64,000 nt of DNA from Phoronis australis (taxonomy: Eukaryota > Animalia > Phoronida): contig NMRA01000025.1 of assembly GCA_002633005.1 (NCBI GenBank), positions 853,785 to 917,784 of the forward strand, given 5' to 3'. Made by a program: the position numbers and the translations under genes. How positions within the stretch are numbered: the stretch's first letter is position 1; every line of letters begins with the position of its first letter. Positions 1 to 13,700 of this stretch are shown one piece after another. The notes below the pieces were generated by a model, which saw nothing but the letters and a program-made list of their open reading frames with translations, had not been told where the DNA came from and did no database searches.

Positions 1-1726
1 ATGGGGAACAACTCTCTAGTCTTATGAGTGCACAAAAGTGTATTTCGCTTGACCCAATTTCACTTGACCCAATTTCACTTGACACAATTTCTAATTCTGG
101 TGTTCAAGACGACCTGAGTTGACAGGGACAAAATGCAATTTTTTTCATCCGCTGACATATTGAGACATTGGACATTTTTGAGTGAATTGCCTTAACTTCA
201 CACAGCAGTGGCAATCTGACAACATGATGGTTGCAAATCAAGAAATGCAGGAAAATATTCCACTTCATTCAATCCATGCAAGACCGCATAACACTATGCA
301 CCAACTACCTGATCGCCATATAGTGACCAAAGTGAGTTTCATCAAGTCACCGCTATATCGGTGAACAACCACTACTGCTCGTTACTCAGATGAGACGTGA
401 TTTCTGGGCTAATGAAGAAGACCTCACAGCTTTAAAATGTTTGAGAGCTTGCTTGGCACACAATATAATTGGCCAACTTAATCGAACTGATCTCAACCAT
501 TAACTGCCAATTCTTAGCAATCCCACATATCACCTCAAATTCAATGAAGGAACAAAACGAGATGATTGTCATAAGTGTAAATAGTCTAATCATTATTTTG
601 TGATGGAAGGTGCATTGTACCAGCTGTAATTCTCTATTATTTATTAGTCACCATTCTAACCAGGCATGCAATCAATTGACGGGAGAAAAATGAGGAATAA
701 ACATGCAATCAACTCCAGTTGTCTTTAATTACGTAGCACAAAGCTACAGTACAAGTCAAAAGCATTCAGATGAAATTATCTGGAATTACCCGTCATGACG
801 GCTGGGCAGAGGTCAAATTCATCGCCAAAGTTTTCCCTTGAGACTCAGAATGAAGGGAAATTAAGTTACAAGGTGGGTAAGCCATAATACTTTTGCCCTC
901 TCGTAATAGTTATTATCAGTCACTTTTTCTGTTCACAGAATTTGCTGCCATGACAAGGAAACAGCATTCTGTCTGTTTAGTCTTGAACTTCACATGCTAG
1001 CTAACAAAAATGAGACCACACCAACACACAACAAATAACACGATATATATAATAAAATACTGCCAACAACAATCTGAAATATCCAATGGACATTTTTATA
1101 AACTTCCTCTACTTCTCAGTACAGGTGTTTTTTTTCGTGAAAGTGACTAAGACTTAATATAGAAATTTGGAATTATGCTCCCACTAAACAATTGCATTTC
1201 AACCAAGGAAATAATTTACAGGAATTATCTCTCTGTTACTAACACTCATACTTACATAGACATTCCATTTTTGCTTATTAAGTGAAATTTGAATAATTTT
1301 CCGAAATAGTTGTGTGGAGCGTCAAACTGAATTTCTGACTTGAGTCACATTTCATGAAACAGTCCACTGGTGTTTTGCACACAACAGAAAAGCAGCAAAA
1401 CCAGCAAACCCAGGAAAGGTGAAATTTAATGCAACAGAAACATCTTACAAATAGGACAAGAGGATTTTAACTTCATTTTTAAGAATAACTAAATGGCACA
1501 GAATAAACACAATGACGTTTCAAAGTTTTACACCAAAGCAACCACCAGATGTGCTAAGTGCTAAAAATAATTGGCATTTGCAATGTTTGGAAATATAAAA
1601 AGCACAAGTCATTGATTTTCCTAACAATAATAATTTTTTTTGAAATTTGTTAGCTATTACGATACAAAACAAATGAATGAACATTGACCATGAAGGTTAA
1701 ACACACAATTTTCCTTTAAAGCATAC

Positions 1727-4700
1727 CTGTCTGTCAGATTCATAAAGGAAGTCTTCGTCAGGAATGTAGTACTGGGAGAACTGTCCAATGGCAGACTGCT
1801 GTCTTGAGGCGAGGTCGTGGGCAGGGGTGCAGATGTAACAATAGGAGAGGTATCTGAGCATGGAGGGGTGGATTTAACAGCAAGACTACCACTGGTAGAC
1901 ACTGGCGACGCTGACTTTGAGCCTAAAGTGTAACGCATTATTCCTGAACATCATCAAAGATTGTATACATTCACCAATTTGGAAACAGCCACTCCTACAA
2001 ATATGAGTGTTGAAAATCTGACTCCATGTATTGGGCATGACCTTGATTTAGTTGGATTCAAGAAGATGAAAAAATCTTTTGGTTGGAGAATAATAAATGG
2101 AGTAACTGTCATGAAGTAGACATTAGACAAGTTGCTCTATTTTGATTCGTTTTGTCCTTGAAATGAACAAAACCTACATTTGAAGATTGGAACCAATATA
2201 TCGATGATTAGTTTATGTGCTTTACGTATAACTTGCCTCAGTCTACGATAGGACAGTTACTCCATGGACAAAATTCTGATCAAAAATGCAACGCACTTAA
2301 GAACTTGCACAATACATGGAGTCAGATTGTCAACACAACCACCAAAAACAAACTTTGACCTCGAATGTGCCACCTTCCACGAGGTTCTTATCCATTTTTA
2401 GTCCCATTTTTGAATTATTAGCAACAGGGCCCACACTGACATAACAATAAAATCTCCCCAATTTAGAGCACAATAAGGCAGACAAGTGAAATTTTATTTC
2501 AAAACAGTGTCATCAGGATGGTGAATAACAAATGACATAGGAAAATTCATTTTTTCCATCAAAAAAGTAAATTAATACATACAGAAATTTTCGACATCTG
2601 CATAAGTACTAGTTAGGGAAGACAGATTTCGAAAATTTCTGCAGGTATTTACCACTTTTTGGATGGAAAATATGAATTTCCCTATGTCAAGTGAAATTTT
2701 AAAGGACAAGTAGCACCAAATATTAAATGCTTTCACTTCTTAGTTCTATACTATAGTTATTGGCAAAACAGTTTTGAGAAATTGCAGGCATTCATAACAA
2801 TGAACAAAGACTTTGAAAAAAGATCAACTTTGGCAAATATTTTTGTCATAAGCTGAAGAGAATTTACTGTACACAGGCAAACACAACACCATGTTTACAG
2901 AATACTATTAAAGACTTATAGCTATAGAATTCATACAAGGCTTAACCAGTTATTCATACTCACTCATTGAGAACAACTTCTTCATCATACTGAATGCACC
3001 CAAATAGTGTTTGATAGCAAGTAAAACAACTACACAAACACTGGTTAACATTTAAATAACCTTGCTGGAAGTTCACTTAAAGACTGCATGCTGGCCTTGT
3101 AAAGCTGAGAACTATAAAATATTGCATGACACACAATACCCAACTCCACAAAAACCTCATGCAGCTTTACCAGTGTACTACCTGCTGAGCCCAGTTACAT
3201 TGCTGTCATGGCAACCAGACATTCACAAAGGATTACATGTTGTTTTAATCAATTGTCCAATACCGTTTAATGAGTGCATTCAGTATGTGTGTTTTTGACT
3301 TGTGAGCAAAGCAAAATTTTAATACAGGATGGTCAACTGGATATTCTAGAAAGTAGTCGATTGCTTACTATAGTTGAATCCAGTCTGAAAAAGGGGACAG
3401 CGATTTCGTGAAAACAAAGAAAGATAGACATGAACTCACAAGCTCAGCACTGACTTTGGGTGAATGGACTATAATTGATACAAGGTTGAGTGTCACTTCA
3501 AAAGTCAGAATTAATGTCAATTATTAAAAGTAAGACAGTTATTTTGTATTTATTAGACTTTTGTTAGGGCTGTTCCAGTAAAATCCGCGTGGGAGGGGGG
3601 GACGGCAGTAGAAATAAAAATTCATGGGTGGTGGTCTTCAGAAAAAAACTCAAATTATGGGTGGTCGTTCCTGTAAGAAGTGATGCATTAAAAATGGGTG
3701 GTATTTTTTGACCTGTTAATGTTGACAGGTTGGTTACTTCAGCCATCAAAACTAAAAACAATAGCAACGCGGAGCGTTGAAATGCGCCCACAATTGCACC
3801 GCATACGGTATCCTTCTAGGGTTGTTTATTGGTACCATAAAGTGGCCAGTAGAGGGCATACTTTGCAAAATGGAAAGGCATGGTCATTGTCTCCTCATTG
3901 TCTGCCATTAATCAAGTCATGGGCAGCTTGATTTGAGCCAACTGTTGTCTGCATGCAGTCCTATTGAATTGAAAAGTTATGCAACACTAAACTGGTGTTA
4001 ACACATATAAGAAAATTGATGATTTTTAAATAAAAAGTATGAGGAGTAAGTTAAACAAGTTCCAATATTCACTTGACATAGAAGTATAAAAGAGTTCGTG
4101 GAGACAGTTTGAGATTCATAGATCCTTATAATTGAAAAAATGTTCATTGAAATTATAGACACATGGTGAACAGAGACACCTGGTGGCTGCCAAAAGTATT
4201 GCTCACAGGCTACTTTAGTTTCTGACAATATTGGACAAGACAACTAGTTCTTGTCTGTCAATCATCTAAGTTCTTAACAGGTCCTCCTAGAGGCAATTTG
4301 TTTGCAAGTGNAAATTAATACATACAGAAATTTTCGACATCTGCATAAGTACTAGGGAAGACAGATTTCGAAAATTTATGCAGGTATTTACCACTTTTTG
4401 GATGGAAAATATGAATTTCCCTATGTCAAGTGAAATTTTAAAGGACAAGTAGCACCAAATATTAAATGCTTTCACTTCTTAGTTCTATACCATAGTTATT
4501 GGCAAAACAGTTTTGAGAAATTGCAGGCATTCATAACAATGAACAAAGACTTTGAAAAAAGATCAACTTTGGCAAATATTTTTGTCATAAGCTGAAGAGA
4601 ATTTATTGTACACAGGCAAACACAACACCATGTTTACAGAATACTATTAAAGACTTATAGCTATAGAATTCATACAAGTCTTAACCAGTTATTCATACTC

Positions 4701-7700
4701 ACTCATTGAGAACAACTTCTTCATCATACTGGATGCACCCAAATACTGTTTGATAGCAAGTAAAACAACTACACAAACACTGGTTAACATTTAAATAACC
4801 TTGCTGGAAGTTCACTTAAAGACTTCATGCTGGCCTTGTAAAGCTGAGAACTATAAAATATTGCATGACACACAATCCCCAACTCCACAAAAACCTCATG
4901 CAGCTTTTCCAGTGTACTACCTGCTGAGCCCAGTTACACTGCTGTCATGGCAACCAGACATTCACAAAGGATTACCTGTTGTTTTAATCAATTGTCCAAT
5001 ACGGTTTAGTGAGTGCATTCAGTATGATGAAGAAAAGGTGTTTTTGACTTGTGAGCAAAGCAAAATTTTAATACAGGCTGGTCAACTGGATATTCTAGAA
5101 AGTAGTCGATTGCTTACTATAGTTGAATCCAGTCTGAAAAAGGGGACAGCGATTTCGTGAAAACAAAAGAAAGATAAGACATGAACTCACAAGCTCAGCA
5201 TTGACTTTGGGTGAATGGACTATAATTGATACAAGGTCGAGTGTCACTTCAAAAGTCAGAATTAATGTCAATTATTAAAAGTAAGACAGTTATTTTGTAT
5301 GTATTAGACTTTTGTTAATAAAGTACATATGAAAAAAGAAGAAAAAAAAATGATTCAGTATATTGAGATCAGAATTTATGATAATGGTTTTCATCTTCTA
5401 ATCTATGATCCCCATCCACAAACAAATATGCCAATGACATGTTCGCAGCAGCTGTTGTTGCGACACCATTCAAACTAGATTATACATGCTGACATTTACA
5501 CTAAAACTCTTTAAGTTACTGGTTACAAGGAAGTTATTAGTAATAAGCCATGTGGGGAAAGGTCATGGTGCCATCAACAATCAAATCATACAAGTGACTG
5601 CCATCGTCGCGATCAGTGTCCCCGCTATAGAACTCACATTAATTTATGTAACAGCAAGAGTTTCATGACAGAAAGCGTCAACCTGAAAATTTTAACTGAA
5701 TGAAGTTTTTGGAGTCTTTTCTGGAAAGTCTTCACCATCTTTTGAACAGTGTATTTTTCATCAGTGCTTATTCAGATAAAATAAACGTTCAAAAATGGTA
5801 CACACGTATTTTTAAGTGAAAACTTCATCATGTAAGCTGCTCCGAATACAAACTAAATCCTAATTCATTGTAGATTTTCAAGAGCACATCCCCATATTCC
5901 CAAACAATGTGAGTGTCCTTCCTCTTCCGCGATTGACACTCACTAATGAGGTCAACAGGTGGCGTGCAGACCAGACTTAAAACTGTGACTCACTAAAAAT
6001 ATCAGCAGCAGGGGAGCTTCCTCGCTTTTTCTTTGGAATCTTTTTACCAACAACATTTCCACTGTGGTCTCCAGGGGAGATAATTTCCACCACAGAAGCT
6101 TTCTTCTTCACAACCTTTTTTCTGCCAGTCACAGGTGGCTTGGCAATCACTGGTTCTGGTTCTAAAGCAAATAACCCTTTTACACTTTTATCTATTATTA
6201 GTAGACATTAAGCAGCACAGAGACCAAGAAGGAGCTAAACGGACAGATTAAACTGGGAAAATTTGACAGTCTATAAACTGTAGTGTCTGGGTTTACAAAT
6301 CCACAAAAAAGCAAAATTGATATAAACTAGCACATTTATGATAAAAAAACAACAATGTACTTAATCAGCATTAAGAAATATGTATTCTATTCAGGATACA
6401 AATATCTGACTATTGAAATGGTAGGGGAAAATTAAGCTGCTTTTTGTCCAGTTTAGCTGGCTAAAAACAAAAAATGTATTTAGGCCCTTTACTCTCATCG
6501 TGATGGGATTCTATATCCATTACCAACCTTTGCAGTTTAATGGGGTTGGCCAACACCCAAACTGCGAATTCGAAAATGGCCCATGTACGCATCCCCTGAG
6601 ATTTGAGTTGAATGGAAATATAACCCTATCATGGTAAGGAATATTTTGATATCAATTTTTACAAGTCAGAATAAGTGGCTTAATTCGATTTTTGTCTTTA
6701 GCCAGCTAAACAAGGTGAAATACAGCTTTGAAATGTGCACAAAAGTCATGAAAAACAGGTAGAGGAAAAGACTAAATGTTACTCAGCTACCTGGACATAA
6801 TGATACCCACAGATTTGATCTTACAGACACCTGAATCGAGATAGTTCCAAAACATCACACCCAAGCAGAAAAATGAATGTTTGCCAATGAAAATAAATGA
6901 CATTATTGATAGTTAATAGTACGAAAAGAATTCAATCTCCATACTTACCAATAGATGGAGTTCCGAACATCAGTTCGTTGCTTGACAGGCTCGTGAGTGA
7001 GCTTCGGCGACTGCTCGTTTTACTGACTACCCCCAAATCAGCCACCATTTTGGATTCAGGATGGTCTTGAGACATAATGCAATGGTCTTGTTGTTTCACT
7101 ATGGCAACTGGGTGACCGTCGTCATGGAAACCAGAATCTCCATGCTCCAGGTGATCCGTTTTTTCGTCTTGTGAGTTCACAAAGTCTATGCTCACCTCAA
7201 CATCTAATTTTGTGTCTTCTACCTCCAATCCTGAATCAGCTGGACTTAAACACTGGAGATCAGGCAGTTTCAAACTATCTGGAAGATCGGGGGACTTCGT
7301 TGAACACAGCTCTTTATCAGGCCCATGATTCCTGCTAGACGAAACATCGTTTATTTGACAGACAATATGACCAATGCTGGCAATTGAGCACACTTTATCT
7401 CCTATTACATGTGACTGACAAGGTTCAGAGTTCTCTGAGATAAGCTTGTTGCCGTCAGTTTCTGTTTCACTGACATTTTCTTTGAACTTAATTTCATGAG
7501 TATTTCTTACTTCACAATCTCTGTCTGCAACCACTGACAATGTATCCTTAGTCATTCCTTCAGATGGCGAATTTGTATCATTTAATTCTTTCGAGTCATC
7601 TACACTCACACTTGAAGCATTTAAACCATGAATATGTGCATGTGAATCTGTGTTGTCATCTTGCAAATCAGAATGCTTCTCAGAAAAACCGGGCTCAGGT

Positions 7701-10700
7701 TGTCTACAATCAACAAGTTCACAAGCACCTGGAGTCTCGCGTGCTTTTGTTGCAAAGCTGTCACCAGTATTGTCACCCTTTTCACAATGGGTGAAATCAT
7801 GACCATTTACAACATTGGCAGCATCATGAAACAAATCGCACGACTGATTAGCACTTTCATTGGACGAGGCAGTAGGACTGTAACCATCAGGTCTACTGTT
7901 GACACTGTTTTGGGAAGCCACAACATTTGAATCTGACCCCAAACTAAGACCTGACATTTGACTAGATACACTCTCTGACCGAGACATGCCAGGCTGCACT
8001 TTGTTCATCCCCTTAGTTCTTGACCTTGACCCTGTGCTCGTCTTTTCGTCATCTGAATCGTAGCCAATCATACTTTTTGTCCTTACAACGTAAATTCCCG
8101 ATTCGAGTTTTGTTGCATTAAAGCTATCCACAGAAGACATGCTGCTCCTTCTACTGGACAGAGAAGAATTACACGGCTCCGTCTCCACTTCAAATTCTAA
8201 ATCACGTAACATGGTGCCTAGGTGTTCCGCATGACCGTTCATTTCCATATTTATCAGGTGATCTCTGAGTTCTACGAGTAACGACGCAGGAATGTGATAA
8301 CGACATTTAGACAGTAACACGTGACTAGCAAATCTTTCACACAGCTCAGCACAGACCAGATACATTTTCTTGACAAACAGCCTGGCTATGCATTTCTCGA
8401 CTGGCAACATGGTTATTTTGGTAATGGTGTTATTGCCATGGTACAGATAGAGGTCATTGTGATGGCACACAATGTCTTGTATGTCTGAAACATAAAGTCA
8501 AAAGAAATGCACATGTATAATCACTCTTGTATGTCTGAAACATAAAGTCAAAAGAAATGCACATGCATAATCACGGTAGATCAAATATCACAAAGTCACA
8601 ATATGTTCTTTGACTTACAATTATCAAACAGTTGGTGATGAGAAAAAATAATAAAAATGTCAATTTAAGAATAACACTCTCAGTCTATTAAGAACATGAT
8701 AGCTTAATATATGTAAAATATAAAATTTGAAAAGTGCTCAGAGACCATGCATACACATTCCACAAAACTACAGTTTACTGTTATGAAATTTGCTGAATCA
8801 TAAACTGAATAAAAATCCAGTGCACTAAAATCAAACACTCGACTCTAATCATCAAGCACAAAAATTCTATACAAGCCTGCTTAAATAATACTCCGCCAAT
8901 ACCTGTAAGCTGTGAATTCCACAAAACAGGCTTCATCAGTGATGGATTGATAACGTATAGACCACTTTCAGACCATGTGACCATATGTTGTTGCCTGAAA
9001 ACATAGACAACAGTTAAAGATGCAGAGTATCATTAAATTGTGAATATGCAAATGAAGTATTAATTTACAAACAAACCCACGTCCTTCAGTGTGCCGGAAA
9101 CCATCCGAAAACTAGTTACCATAACAATCTCGCGAAAGTCTCATTTTGCGAGATTATTTTTATGTAAATGAGTATGGTAACAGTTCATCGTTATCCTAAT
9201 GAAACAAGGCACAGCTTTTATTATTTGTTCATTTCACTATGAAATAATAATTGCATAATATTTGGAATTACTAGGGTTTTTTATTTCTTCACACTTAGTT
9301 TTAAGTGTATCAGTCATGGTGTTTTCTTTAAAACCCCATTTATTTACAAATTGTTCCTTTTCCTGATTATACATGTACACACAGTTCTCCAGGAAGTCAA
9401 TAGGTGGCACTTGCTATGAATATTAACGATTTTAATGAGACATAGCACCTTTAACTTGTACCTTTAATGAGGAACAAATGAAGGCAATGTTTCACACCAT
9501 CCAGCATCACGTGAAATAGGCACAGGATGTCCAATTAATAAAATAATTACTAAAAATGTATAAATTGGTCAACAACTGAGGCAGTATTGTAACTTACCCA
9601 AAGACAAGCAGTTTTCGGAAGTTTACTGTATTTGGCATAACATCTTTGGTGTTTGGCAACATCTCAGAACTGCAAAATAAATTTCCTTTACAGTTCACAA
9701 GGTGATCCAATACAAATGCTGTTAACACAATTTGTTTTATTGAATATGATTCCATTCTAGTTTTACTATTTCATATTTTTATTCGTCGATAACTGCATGG
9801 CACTGCAACATCTATAAATACTTCATCAACATTTTCTCCAAGTCGTGACACATGGTCTCCATATTGAGAGCAGGCAATGCAGAAATACTCCTGAACTCGT
9901 GACATAGGGGGATCCAGGGGTCAAGGGGGTTAGGACCCCCTTTTTCCCTTTGATTTTAGTGATATCAAATCTAGAATTCTCAAATTGTTGACTCCAACCC
10001 CCTTTTTTAAAAATCCATGATTCTCCCCTCCCTTTTAAAAAATCCTGTACCCGCCCCTACATGATCAACAACAAAGCACTCTATCTAAGTGTATGAATAC
10101 ATCACGCAATAAAAATGCAACATGACATGCGTGACACTCCCAAGACACTTACATTGAGAAATCTTCTGTTATGAAATGGAAACTCGATTGTCCAACCTGG
10201 CTCACCAATCAGTTCAGTGGCAGCCATTTTGCTAGTCTATGTAAGAAAGGCCTTATGTTTACTCGAACAAAAAACTTGTGTGATCTTAACAAAGTCTCAT
10301 GAAACTAGTTCTAAGAAATGAACACCTGTCTAGTACTCTATCTTCAGACATCTTCAAAGACTCATGACCAAGACTATGTAGAACCAGACAAGACAGAATC
10401 ACACAGTAAAAAAATGATCCCATCAACAACAAACATTTCAGATGAATAAATCCACAAAGAAAAACTCATTTCCTTCTATTTGGTTAACCGGGCTTAAACT
10501 GAACATTTTACCATCTAGAGACACTGGCGATGCACAATAGAATAATTCCTCTTATTTATTTAGGGCTGTTCCAGCAAAATCTGTGTGGGAGGGGGGGGAA
10601 GGCAACTGAAATAAAAATTTATGGGTGGTTGCGTTTGATTTAAATTCAAAATGGCTGGTGGTCGTACTTCAAAAAAATAAAAATTTACAGGTCGTTGTTG

Positions 10701-13700
10701 TTTCATTGGGCCATAAATGTTTGATGGTGGGTAATTTTAGTAAATTTTATAAACAATCTGCACAGAATCAAAAACTGAAACAAAAATGCAACTTGCAAAA
10801 AGCTCCGACTTTTTCACTCCCTCCGATCTCCTCATTGGCATGCCCATAACACCATTTAACCACAGGTGCTCGAATTTCTAGATGGCTAATAACCATATAT
10901 AAGAAACATTATGTTTTCTTAGTAATGAATGACGTTAGTGGTGATGGAGGAACAGATAAACTCAAGCGCCTGTGTAGTCAACCACAAGAACAAAAAAAAT
11001 AACGGGTGGTTGCATTTCAAACTTATAAAAAATTACGGGTGGTAGGCTGAAGAAATAAATGAAAAATATGGGTGGTGGGTGCGAAAAAAAGGTGCCTTCC
11101 CCCCTCCCATACAGATTTTACTGGAACAGCCCTTAGTACTTTTTACTTTTTCCATTGTTTAGACACAGTCACGCACTCTGTTACAAGTGTATACCTCATC
11201 TTTATAACTGGGCTAGATGGGACCGCCAGTAGCTTTTTGAGCTGGTGAGTGTTGAGAACATTACCATCATAATCTACCTCCCACATGCGAGAACGGGGCC
11301 GAGCACAGTACACTGTGGGCGTCTGTCCTTTTGACACTCGGTGAAAACAGGCACCGAACGGCCCATCACGTAACTGCTTACCAATCTGAGTGTAAGTACA
11401 TCTGGAAAGAAATACACAGATCATTTGTTTTGACTGTACTCTTCACTACATTTTGCACAAAAATATTTTCACTATGACGACACTTAAAGTACAATTGCTA
11501 TTATTGTGAAAATTTTATTAATTAATTTTTACTATAGTGAAAAATCTTCAATTTGAACACAACTAACTGCGAAACTCGCCACATTTTTTTCAGAAGCTTG
11601 CCACATTATTGCAAATAATCAAAATTAGGTTATACAAACCATGCTAAAAGCAAAGAAAATTTTTGTGACAAAATGAAATATCATCTGTCCACCATATTGT
11701 GTCACTACCGAATATGTGGTAAAGTTGCTTTAAATCAGAACACAATATGGTGGAAAGGCACAATTTTATTTCATCTGTTTTTAACAAGAGTTAACAAGAA
11801 GACAATTTTATTTGATTATATGAAAATGTTATATGGTATGGCTGTCATCAACAAACACAAGGTAAAATTTCGAACATTTTGGACATTAGCGGTAGTTTGA
11901 AAAATCAAAAATATGGTCATTTTTGCCACTTTTTTCGTTTGAATTAAAGGGAACCTTAACGTAACTGCAGTTACTAATTGTTTGACACGACGCAAATTCA
12001 AACGTCCAAGCATGGGTCTATTTGCCATTCAAAATGCTAAGTATGCCCCTTTGATAAGAAATAACTTCTGACGATTTTGCTATGAAAAAATATGTCGGAT
12101 CTTATCCCGTCCTCAGTCATAAATAATGTCTAAACTTGAGAATAGCTGACATTTTGTTCTTGCACGAGAAGAGATGCAATTATGGCTAGTGATTGGACTT
12201 ACTGACAGATGGCGCTACAATAGAGTACAAATTTGTAAGTTAATTCCAAGTGTGCCAAGCAATTGGTCAACTTTTGAGTTTTGTATTGAGAAGTGAGAGC
12301 CAAGGCCCAGGACATACTTATCCGTGTTGCAGAGATACGTCCGTGTCATAGTGGACACGAGTAACTTGTCAGCGTTACAATGCAGCTGGATAACAGATGA
12401 GTCAAGTTCCTTCAGAATCATAGAGCTCGGAACTTGTACAAGATCTTTAGCCTGAAATGCAACAAATTGTAAGAAATAACAGCAGCGCAGAACTGCATGA
12501 GCAGACAATGATATAGAGCGATATTTTTGTTGACATAATACAAAGCAACCCAAATGTGAACCAGAGTTTTTCAGATGGACGGACTTGGACTGTCAGAGGT
12601 TGCTTCCATTTAGTAATAAGTTTGCTCATGTTATGTGTGTTAAGCACCATCGGTATTGTACAGCCATTTTAACAAAAACTTATTAGTAATGACAATTCAC
12701 TGCAGGAGGAGCCTTTTGTGTTTAACTCATTCGACCCTGAGCACCATATGGAATAAATTGCTTAGTGGCCTGGCTGAGCTGTGGAATGTCTACCCCCTTG
12801 AAGTCGGAAGGTATTTCACTCAGAACTAGGTCACAAGCACTGCACATAATTAAAACCTCATCACTCAGTCATTAATAAACATATACTTACCAAATTTTCA
12901 GCAATACATCTTGAGTAAATGAGCTTCATGTTGATATAAAATTTATCCAAGTTCAATATCGATAAAGGGTTGAACAAGTAGTTTTACTTTTTGTTTTCCA
13001 GAAACAAAGACGTTTGTTTACAAATAATCCATTTAAATTTCCAGAAAACATGTCAAGAAAGTTTTCTGTGTAGNNNNNNNNNNNNNNNNNNNNNNNNNNN
13101 NNNNNNNNNNNNNNNNNNNNNNNNNNNNNNNNNNNNNNNNNNNNNNNNNNNNNNNNNNNNNNNNNNNNNNNNNNNNNNNNNNNNNNNNNNNNNNNNNNNN
13201 NNNNNNNNNNNNNNNNNNNNNNNNNNNNNNNNNNNNNNNNNNNNNNNNNNNNNNNNNNNNNNNNNNNNNNNNNNNNNNNNNNNNNNNNNNNNNNNNNNNN
13301 NNNNNNNNNNNNNNNNNNNNNNNNNNNNNNNNNNNNNNNNNNNNNNNNNNNNNNNNNNNNNNNNNNNNNNNNNNNNNNNNNNNNNNNNNNNNNNNNNNNN
13401 NNNNNNNNNNNNNNNNNNNNNNNNNNNNNNNNNNNNNNNNNNNNNNNNNNNNNNNNNNNNNNNNNNNNNNNNNNNNNNNNNNNNNNNNNNNNNNNNNNNN
13501 NNNNNNNNNNNNNNNNNNNNNNNNNNNNNNNNNNNNNNNNNNNNNNNNNNNNNNNNNNNNNNNNNNNNNNNNNNNNNNNNNNNNNNNNNNNNNNNNNNNN
13601 NNNNNNNNNNNNNNNNNNNNNNNNNNNNNNNNNNNNNNNNNNNNNNNNNNNNNNNNNNNNNNNNNNNNNNNNNNNNAATACCTGTAAGCTGTGAATTCCA

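Noticed and set aside
3062-5160. Two paralogous small ORFs (78 and 119 aa)
   Set aside because: Intronic, antisense to HPS5, non-ATG starts, and they differ by a frameshift between haplotype-like copies.
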